64,000 nt of DNA from Acetobacteraceae bacterium (lineage in GTDB: Bacteria; Pseudomonadota; Alphaproteobacteria; Acetobacterales; Acetobacteraceae): positions 2,558,451-2,622,450 of the forward strand of contig CBDFFQ010000001.1 of NCBI GenBank assembly GCA_965246835.1. The letters run 5' to 3'. Both the position numbers and the translations under genes were made by a program. Numbering within the stretch: position 1 is the first letter of the stretch; each line of letters begins with the position of its first letter. This document shows positions 57,367 through 64,000 of this stretch, piece after piece. Below the pieces are notes generated by a model. The model was not told the DNA's origin. It did not search any database and saw nothing but the letters and a program-made list of their open reading frames with translations.

Positions 57367-60027
57367 TCATTGCCCCAGCCGCTCCAGGATCGCCGGCACG
57401 TGCACCTGGTCCCCCTTATAGTTGCCCGTCAGCGCATACATCACGAGATTCACCCCGAACCGGTAGGCCAGCACGCGCTGCCGCGCCCCGCCCGGCACGG
57501 TCGCATACGGGTTGCGCCCCTGCGCATCCACCGCCCACGCCGCCGCCCAGTCATGCCCGCCGATGATCACCGGGCTCACGCTGTCATTGCTGCGGTCCTG
57601 GTCCCGCTGCACCCACACCGTGTCCCCAGTGAAGCGGCCCGGAAAGTCCTGCAGCAGGTAGAACGACCGCGCCAGCACATGCTCGCCCCCGAGTGGCGCC
57701 AGCGGCGGCACCGCCAGCCCCTGCGTGACCCGGCGCAACGCCTGGTCCGCCCCCGGTGCGAACCCCTCGCCGCTCCCCCCGCTTCCCATGGCGCCTCCGC
57801 GGGTATCGATCAGGATGATGCCGCCATGGCTGGTGTAATCGTTGAGCGCCGCGATCGCCGCGGGATCGAGCTGCGCGCCGGGAATGATGGGCCAGTAGAG
57901 CAGGGGGTAGAACCCGAGTGCGTCGACGCCGGGCCGGAGGGCCGCGGGATCACCTAGGCTCGCGGCCGTGCGGCGGTTCACATAGGTCGAAAGCCCCGCG
58001 AGCCCGGCCCGGGAGATGCCGTCCACCGTGGCGTCCCCGGTCTGCACATAGGCGAGCCGGGTCATCAGCGCCGGCAGGTCTTCAGCGTGCGCGGGTAGCG
58101 CGATCAGCAGCAATCCGGCGACGGCGGCCCGGCTCAGCAGCCCGCGCAACCACAATGACAGCAGCAAATCCGCCGCGAGCAGCACGACGGCGACGGTCAG
58201 GAGCGTTGGTCCCAGCACCCGCTCCCGCGGCAGCGCCCCCAAGGGCTGCACCTCGCCCATCACAGCCGCAGCAGTCAGCGAAGGGATCGCCCGCGCCAGG
58301 TTCATCGAGCGCCGCCCGGTATCCGACCCATAGAAACCCGGCGGATGCCGCGGCGACACGGCCGCCGCCTCCAGCTCCGCCCCCGTGATCCCGGTCGCGG
58401 CCCGGGGCGGCGTCGACAGGGCGCCGAACCCATCCAACGTCTCCGCCGGCGCCAGCACCGCGTCCTCCGCCACCGCCGCCACACCCGCCGACAGCTCCAC
58501 CACCCGGCGCAGCATGTCGACAAACAGGCCCGACAGCGGCAAATTGGACCAGTCCGCATTGGCGGTGACGTGGAACAGCACCACCCGCCCGGCCCCGCGC
58601 GGCGCCGCCGTCACCAAGGGCGTCCCGTCCTGCAACGAGGCCCAGGTGCGCGCGGCCAGTTGCGCCGAGGGTTCCGCCAGCACCTGCCGGTTCACCAGCA
58701 CCTCCGCCGGCACGGCCAAACCCACGAACGGCGAGCCCGCCGCGAACGGGGCCAGCGGCGCCGGCTGGCTCCACGACAGCGCGCCGCCCAACTGCCGATC
58801 GCCGGCCAGCAGACGCACCGGCAGCAGATCGTCCCGAAACCCCGGCTCGTTCGAAGCCTCTGCCAAACGCGGCCCGGCGAAGCGGATCAACACGCCGCCC
58901 TGCTCGACCCAGCGTGTAAGCCGCGCCGCCTCCTCCGCCGTCGGCAGCACGTCCGCCAGCACCAAAACGGAAATGTCCCGCGACAGCACGGTGTCGAGGT
59001 TGCCCTCCCGCAGCTCCGACGTGGGTGCCAGCGCGCGCCGGGCATAGAATAAAGGCCCGATCAGCGGCGTATCGGCCCCGGACTCCGCCGAGAGCAGCCC
59101 CACGGGCCGCCGCCGCCACCGCTCATCCAACAGCACGACCGACCCGGCGCCTGCGGAACCATCCAGCACCAGCCGGGCCAGCTGGTTGCGCAGCTCCGGC
59201 AGCAGATTGAGGGCGATCTCGGCAGAGTCCGCCCCGGCCGCCACCACTCCCTCCGCCCGCGCCAAAGTGCGCCCATCGCCGGTCTGCGCCAGCACCGCGA
59301 GCGGGGTGGGCGCCGGCTGCGGCAACAACGACACCCGGGCGATCAGCCGGCCGGGCTCGGCGCGGGGCGGGCGCATCAGTCGCACGGGCGACGGGTCCGG
59401 CCGGATTTCTACGACCGTCCCGACAGCTGCGAGCGCGGTGGCGAAGGCCTCGTCGGCCGGCGTGGCGATCCCATCCGCCACATACACGACGGAGCCGGCG
59501 CGCAATGTTCGCAGTGCCTGCGCGGCCGCCGCGCGATCCGTTAGCCAGGGCTTGGGCCGCAGCGCCGCGAGCCGGGTGCGCAGCTCCGGCGCCGGCATCG
59601 CGGGGGTGGGCGTGGGCGGCTGGTCGGTCTCGGTGCGGGCGGTGGTCAGCAGCATCGCGGCGCGGCCGGCGCGGGCGGCGCGGTCCAGCACCGATGTCGC
59701 GGCCTGTTGCCGGGCGGCCCAGCCCGGGGCGGCGGCCCAGTCATCGTCGATCACCAGCAGCACCGGCCCCTGACCCGGCAGCCCGCCCGCCGCGTCCAGC
59801 ACCGGTCCGGCCAGCCCCACGATCAGCAGCCCGGCCGCCACCACCCGCAGCGCCAGCAGCCACCAGGGCGTGCGCGCCGAACTACGCTCCTCCGCCTGCA
59901 ATCCCAGCAACAGCGAGATCGCCGGAAACCGCTGGGTGCGCGGGGAGGGCGGCGTGACGCGCAGCAGCCACCACAGCAACGGCAAAGCGGCGAGCGCCAG
60001 CAACAGCCAGGGCGCGGCAAAGATCAC
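57367..60027 (-). CDS. DUF4159 / N-terminal double-transmembrane domain protein (BatA/B-like)
   Basis: GTG 60027 gives (M)IFAAPWLLLALAALPLLWWLLRV. The C-terminus LTGNYKGDQVHVPAILERLGQ is typical of DUF4159. The longer track ORF overlaps DUF58. Confidence 0.7.
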   Translation of the reverse strand: MIFAAPWLLLALAALPLLWWLLRVTPPSPRTQRFPAISLLLGLQAEERSSARTPWWLLALRVVAAGLLIVGLAGPVLDAAGGLPGQGPVLLVIDDDWAAAPGWAARQQAATSVLDRAARAGRAAMLLTTARTETDQPPTPTPAMPAPELRTRLAALRPKPWLTDRAAAAQALRTLRAGSVVYVADGIATPADEAFATALAAVGTVVEIRPDPSPVRLMRPPRAEPGRLIARVSLLPQPAPTPLAVLAQTGDGRTLARAEGVVAAGADSAEIALNLLPELRNQLARLVLDGSAGAGSVVLLDERWRRRPVGLLSAESGADTPLIGPLFYARRALAPTSELREGNLDTVLSRDISVLVLADVLPTAEEAARLTRWVEQGGVLIRFAGPRLAEASNEPGFRDDLLPVRLLAGDRQLGGALSWSQPAPLAPFAAGSPFVGLAVPAEVLVNRQVLAEPSAQLAARTWASLQDGTPLVTAAPRGAGRVVLFHVTANADWSNLPLSGLFVDMLRRVVELSAGVAAVAEDAVLAPAETLDGFGALSTPPRAATGITGAELEAAAVSPRHPPGFYGSDTGRRSMNLARAIPSLTAAAVMGEVQPLGALPRERVLGPTLLTVAVVLLAADLLLSLWLRGLLSRAAVAGLLLIALPAHAEDLPALMTRLAYVQTGDATVDGISRAGLAGLSTYVNRRTAASLGDPAALRPGVDALGFYPLLYWPIIPGAQLDPAAIAALNDYTSHGGIILIDTRGGAMGSGGSGEGFAPGADQALRRVTQGLAVPPLAPLGGEHVLARSFYLLQDFPGRFTGDTVWVQRDQDRSNDSVSPVIIGGHDWAAAWAVDAQGRNPYATVPGGARQRVLAYRFGVNLVMYALTGNYKGDQVHVPAILERLGQ

Positions 60028-60031
60028 CCGC

Positions 60032-60904
60032 TCAGCCAGGCGCCAAGGCGGTGAACAGGCCCAGCAGCGCGGCCTCCGGCGGATGATCCGTGCGATGGGT
60101 CGCAAAGCTCCATCCGGCGGCGGCGCAGAGCGTGGCGAGGCCGTCCTGCTGCCGGGCCAGGGCGGCGGTGTAGGCGTCCCGGATGCCTTCCACGCGCGGC
60201 ACCAGGTGGTCGGCCTCCTGCTCGGTGCCCTGGAACCGGATGCGCCCGGCATAGGGCAGCAGCGCCTCCGCGGGGTCCAGCACCTGCAGCAGATGACCGG
60301 TCACCGGGATGGCGCCCAGCGCGCCCAGCGTGGCGGCGATGTCGGACAAGGGCGACAGGAAATCGCCCATCAGCACCACATGGGCATGGCGGGGCAGGGG
60401 CGCCGCCGCGGGCACGCCGCCGCCCGCGGGCAGTTCGGTCAGCGCCTCCGCCAGCCCGTCCAAGGCACGCCGGCCCGCCGCGAGCCGGGTGGGGCCGCCC
60501 AGCAGCCGCACCCGCTCGCCCCCGCGCAGCAACAGCGCCGCCAGCGCCAGCAGCAGCAGCTCCGCCCGGTCCCGCTTTTCCGGCAGATCGGGGCCGGAGC
60601 GCCAGGCCATGCTGGGGGAGCCGTCGCGCCACAGGAACACGGTCTGCGCCGCCTCCCACTCGGTCTCACGCACGAAGAAGCGGTCGGATTTGGCGCTGGC
60701 GCGGCCATCGATGCGGGTGGGCGCGTCCCCCTGCACGAAGGGCCGGTATTGCCAGAAGCTATCCCCCTGGCCGACCCGCCGCCGCCCATGCACCCCCTGC
60801 GCCACCGTCGCCGCCACCCGCTGCGCATGCACCAGCAGCGGCGGGAGCGTGGCGCCAAGCGCCTCCGCCCGTCGTGCAACCGGGGCGGCGACGGTCGCCG
60901 TCAC
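60032..60904 (-). CDS. DUF58 domain protein
   Basis: ..GDSFWQYRPFVQGDAPTRIDGRASAK.. Sits directly downstream of moxR. Confidence 0.75.
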   Translation of the reverse strand: MTATVAAPVARRAEALGATLPPLLVHAQRVAATVAQGVHGRRRVGQGDSFWQYRPFVQGDAPTRIDGRASAKSDRFFVRETEWEAAQTVFLWRDGSPSMAWRSGPDLPEKRDRAELLLLALAALLLRGGERVRLLGGPTRLAAGRRALDGLAEALTELPAGGGVPAAAPLPRHAHVVLMGDFLSPLSDIAATLGALGAIPVTGHLLQVLDPAEALLPYAGRIRFQGTEQEADHLVPRVEGIRDAYTAALARQQDGLATLCAAAGWSFATHRTDHPPEAALLGLFTALAPG

Positions 60905-61926
60905 CCGATATGCCTCGTGAGGCCGTCGATCACGCCCGTGAGGTCCACGCCCTCCGCCCGCGCCGAGAAATTGAGCGCCATGCGGTGCCGCAGGATGGGC
61001 TGCGCCAACGACGCCACGTCATCGAGGCTGGGGGACAGCCGGCCATCCAGCACCGCCCGCGCCCGGCACGCCAGCATCAACGCCTGCGCCGCACGGGGGC
61101 CGGGGCCCCAGGCCACGTGCCGGCGCACGCCCTCATGCGGGCTGGTTTCCGGCCGGCCGCCGCGGACCAGGGCCAGGATCGCCTCCACCACGCTCTCACC
61201 GACCGGCACCCGGCGGATCAGCCGCTGCGCCGCCATCAACTCCGCGCCGTCCAGCACCGGGCGGGCGCGGGCGGCCTCCGACCCGGTGGTGGCCAGCAGC
61301 ATCGTGCGCTCCGCCTCCAGGGACGGATACCCGACCTCGACCTGCAGCAGGAACCGGTCGAGCTGCGCCTCCGGCAATGGATACGTCCCCTCCTGCTCGA
61401 TCGGGTTCTGCGTCGCCAGCACATGGAACGGCCGCGGCAGGCTGTGCAGCACGCCCCCGACCGCGACCTGCCCTTCCTGCATGGCTTGCAGCAGCGCGGA
61501 TTGGGTGCGGGGGCTGGCGCGGTTGATTTCGTCCGCCATCAGCAGCTGGCAGAACACGGGCCCCGGGATGAAGCGGAATCCCCGCCGTGCATCATCCCCC
61601 ACGGAATCAAGCACCTCGCTCCCGGTGATGTCGGCAGGCATGAGGTCCGGTGTGAACTGCACCCGCTTGGGATCGAGGCCCAGCACCGTGCCGAGCGTCT
61701 CCACCAGCAACGTCTTGCCCAGGCCCGGCACCCCCACCAGCAGCGCGTGACCGCCCGAGAGCAACGTGACCAGCACCTGCTCCACCACCTCGTCCTGCCC
61801 GAAGATCACCCGGCCGATCTCCGCCCGGGCGGCGGCGGCGCGGTGGCCCAATGCCTCGATCGCTGCGGCGAGCGCGCCGGGGGCAAAGTCGGCAGTGTCT
61901 TCCGGTACTCTGTCGCTTCTCGGCAA
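60901..61926 (-). CDS. MoxR-family AAA+ ATPase
   Basis: Walker A GVPGLGKT, Walker B LLMADEINRASPRTQSALLQAMQE. Confidence 0.9.
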   Translation of the reverse strand: MPRSDRVPEDTADFAPGALAAAIEALGHRAAAARAEIGRVIFGQDEVVEQVLVTLLSGGHALLVGVPGLGKTLLVETLGTVLGLDPKRVQFTPDLMPADITGSEVLDSVGDDARRGFRFIPGPVFCQLLMADEINRASPRTQSALLQAMQEGQVAVGGVLHSLPRPFHVLATQNPIEQEGTYPLPEAQLDRFLLQVEVGYPSLEAERTMLLATTGSEAARARPVLDGAELMAAQRLIRRVPVGESVVEAILALVRGGRPETSPHEGVRRHVAWGPGPRAAQALMLACRARAVLDGRLSPSLDDVASLAQPILRHRMALNFSARAEGVDLTGVIDGLTRHIG

Positions 61927-62066
61927 CGTCTTGATCCCCCATCGAAGCGCTTCGTGATGATCTGCCTACTCCAGGCCTTTCATCAACCGGGTCAGGCTAC
62001 CTATATCGAGTCTGGACGCGAAGCACGGCTTCGACGGGGACTTCGATTTTATGATGATGCACGACC

Positions 62067-62663
62067 GTGAGTGATCTGTCGCTGAACAGCCCCGCGAGCC
62101 CGGTTGCCCTGCCGCAGGCCCGGTCCAAGTCCGCGCCGCGCCGCGCGCCGGTAGAGTGCGGGGACTTGCCGTTCCTCATCAAGCGGGACGGCACCTGGCT
62201 GTATAAAGGCAGTCCGATCGGGCGGAAGGAGCTGGTCTGCCTGTTCAGCAGCGTGCTGACCCGCACGGCGGACGGCGCTTATTGGCTGGAAACCCCCGCC
62301 GAGCGCGGCCGGATCGAGGTGGAGGACACGCCATGGGTCGCGGTCGAGCTGGATTGGCGCGGCGTCGATCGCGGGCAGACGCTGTCGTTCCGCACCAACG
62401 TGGACCAGGTCGTGACGGCCGGGCCGGACAACCCGATCCGCGTGCGCCATGACGTGCTGACCTGCGAGCCCACCCCGTACATCACGGTTCGTCAGCCGGA
62501 CGGCGCGCCCCCGATCGAGGCGCGGATCGGGCGGGCGGTTTATTATGAGCTCGTGGCCCTGGCCGTGCCGGGCATCCTGAACTGCCGCAAGGTGCTGGGC
62601 GTCTGGAGCCAGCATCGCTTCTTCTCCTTGGGCGACCTGCCGTCCGGCGCCTTCGAGGACTGA
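62067..62663 (+). CDS. DUF1285 domain protein
   Basis: FLIKRDGTWLYKGSPIGRKELVCLFSSVL is typical of DUF1285. Sits upstream of the NUDIX gene, as in many alphaproteobacteria. Confidence 0.7.
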   Translation: MSDLSLNSPASPVALPQARSKSAPRRAPVECGDLPFLIKRDGTWLYKGSPIGRKELVCLFSSVLTRTADGAYWLETPAERGRIEVEDTPWVAVELDWRGVDRGQTLSFRTNVDQVVTAGPDNPIRVRHDVLTCEPTPYITVRQPDGAPPIEARIGRAVYYELVALAVPGILNCRKVLGVWSQHRFFSLGDLPSGAFED

Positions 62664-62665
62664 GC

Positions 62666-63268
62666 TTGGACCTGGAGGCGCTGCGGGAACGGCTGGGCGT
62701 GGCACCGGCGGAAGCCATGGGCATGCCGGCCCGATCGGATGACGCGCTGGATTTGGTGCCGGGCCCGCTGGTGCCGGCGGCCGTCCTGGTCGGCATCCTG
62801 CACGGCCGCCACCCCGGCGTCTTGCTGACCAAGCGCACCGCGCACCTCGCCAAGCACCCCGGCCAGGTCGCGTTTCCGGGCGGCCGGATCGAACCCAGCG
62901 ACACATCCGTCGAGGATGCCGCGTTGCGTGAGGCGGAGGAGGAGGTCGGGCTCCCGCGCGAGGCGGCCGAGATCGTGGGGCGGCTGCCCGATTACGTGAC
63001 CGGCACCGGCTTCAAGATATCCCCCGTGCTGGCCCTGCTGCCGGACGGGCTCACGTTGCGCCCCTGCGCGGATGAGGTCGCAGAGATCTTCACCCTGCCA
63101 CTGGACGTGCTGCTCGACCCGCGCGCGCCGCAGCGGCAGCGCCGGGAGTTCCGCGGCCGCAATCGCGAGTTCTGGGTCTGGCCGCATCCCGATCACTACA
63201 TCTGGGGCGCCACCGCTGCGATCCTCGTGCATTTGGCGCACCGGTTGCGCGTGCAGGAAGCGGCCTGA
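62666..63268 (+). CDS. NUDIX hydrolase (CoA pyrophosphatase type)
   Basis: Nudix box GGRIEPSDTSVEDAALREAEEEVGL. Confidence 0.85.
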   Translation: MDLEALRERLGVAPAEAMGMPARSDDALDLVPGPLVPAAVLVGILHGRHPGVLLTKRTAHLAKHPGQVAFPGGRIEPSDTSVEDAALREAEEEVGLPREAAEIVGRLPDYVTGTGFKISPVLALLPDGLTLRPCADEVAEIFTLPLDVLLDPRAPQRQRREFRGRNREFWVWPHPDHYIWGATAAILVHLAHRLRVQEAA

Positions 63269-63507
63269 TGCGGTTTGCGGAGTTGGCAGTCTTTCTCATG
63301 CCGCTGGCCCTCTATGTAGTGTGGCACCGGACCGCTTCGCGCGGTGCGGCGCCGTCCCGCCCCACGATGGTGGCGATCGCGGCGGGATTGCTGGCGTTCG
63401 GCGCCGGGCTGGCGTGGTTCGGCGTGCACGAACGGCTCCCGGCCGGCGCGCAGTATGTGCCGGCGCGGCTGGATCACGGGCAGGTGGTGCCTGGTCATGC
63501 GGGGTGA
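63268..63507 (+). CDS. small two-TM membrane protein
   Basis: 79 aa with two hydrophobic helices. ATGA-type overlap with the NUDIX stop. Confidence 0.45.
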   Translation: MRFAELAVFLMPLALYVVWHRTASRGAAPSRPTMVAIAAGLLAFGAGLAWFGVHERLPAGAQYVPARLDHGQVVPGHAG

Positions 63508-63558
63508 ATGCAACTTCCCCCTCTCCCGCTGGCGGGAGAGGGTGCCTCGGTTCTGCCC

Positions 63559-64000
63559 GTGCCTCTAACGCCTGCCTTCCTTTCCGACCCCGCCCTGATC
63601 GCCGTCCTCGACGCGCTTCCCTCCGCCCGCCTGGTCGGCGGCTGCGTGCGGGATGCGATCGCGGGGGTGCCGTCATCGGACATCGACCTCGCGACGCCGG
63701 AGCCGCCGGAGCAGGTCGTGCGTGCCCTGGCGGCGGCCGGGCTGAAATCGGCGCCGACCGGCCTCGCCCATGGCACCGTCACCGCCATCAGCGACCATCG
63801 CGGGTTCGAGGTCACGACCTTGCGCCGGGACGTCGCGACCGATGGCCGCCATGCCGAAGTGGCCTGGACCGATGACTGGCAGGAAGACGCGGCCCGGCGC
63901 GACTTCACCATGAACGCCATGTCCATGACCCGGGACGGCACGATCTATGATTATTTCGACGGCGCGCGCGATCTCGCGGCCGGGCAGGTCCGCTTCGTGG
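63559..64000 (+). CDS. cca: CCA tRNA nucleotidyltransferase, N-terminal part (continues beyond the window)
   Basis: Absent from the track because it has no stop. My translation from GTG 63559 reads ..ARLVGGCVRDAIAGVPSSDIDLATPEPPEQV..GLAHGTVTAI..RRDFTMNAM. Confidence 0.8.
   Translation, partial: MPLTPAFLSDPALIAVLDALPSARLVGGCVRDAIAGVPSSDIDLATPEPPEQVVRALAAAGLKSAPTGLAHGTVTAISDHRGFEVTTLRRDVATDGRHAEVAWTDDWQEDAARRDFTMNAMSMTRDGTIYDYFDGARDLAAGQVRFV

Noticed and set aside
63926-63936. Near-match to motif A in the cca gene (GACCCGGGACG). Other CCCGGG sites occur near 7918, 22057, 23354, 28553, 29031, 33365 and 41370.
   Set aside because: They lack the GTCCCGGGAC core and the extended symmetry, so they were not counted as motif A.

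Overview
This is a high-GC, alphaproteobacterial-type chromosomal segment. Ordinary core genes flank both sides. On the left are an exported lytic-transglycosylase-like protein, a family-4 UDG, ETF-ubiquinone oxidoreductase, a TPR protein, ispE and tRNA-Gln. On the right are arfB, a YddA-like ABC transporter, an ankyrin protein, a MoxR/DUF58/DUF4159 operon, DUF1285, a NUDIX CoA pyrophosphatase and cca.

The core is interrupted by a ~46.2-kb integrated element (6009..52178). It sits in the 3' end of tRNA-Gln(TTG) and is bounded by a perfect 17-bp direct repeat (TCCTTCCGCCCCAACCA), with a tyrosine integrase next to attL. The element looks like an integrative mobilizable element rather than an ICE:
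- It has MobC plus a relaxase but no T4SS apart from one orphan DotA/TraY-like membrane protein.
- It carries an IncQ-type replicon: three 22-bp iterons, RepC, and a PrimPol-RepA helicase fusion.

Its cargo is a defence island:
1. A translationally coupled MTase / GHKL (MORC-like) ATPase / SF2 helicase / PD-(D/E)xK-like operon, next to a metallophosphoesterase.
2. A fused C5-cytosine + N6-adenine orphan methyltransferase.
3. A DUF3800 gene with a partner gene.
4. A short-pAgo + TIR-APAZ (SPARTA-type) pair beside a serine recombinase.
5. Several unassigned gene pairs, including J-domain + vWA, a 422-aa protein with PIN-like termini, and HIRAN + CoiA-like.

Three identical 1052-bp IS630-family copies, each in a CTAG site with a TA duplication, have independently split the fused MTase, the DUF3800 partner gene and the C-terminus of the pAgo. 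An IS256-family element with an 8-bp TSD is also present.

The most unusual non-genic signals are two palindrome families:
- A 16-bp palindrome (consensus TCCGTCCCGGGACGGA, invariant 10-bp core GTCCCGGGAC) occurs 12 times. All copies are inside the element. They fall in all three reading frames and in intergenic DNA, and are absent from the IS copies, the AT-richer cargo and the flanks.
- A second family, CCATC-N6-GATGG, occurs 6 times, mostly in backbone promoter regions.

No CRISPR array or rRNA was seen. All domain calls come from motif recognition by eye. No database search was possible.
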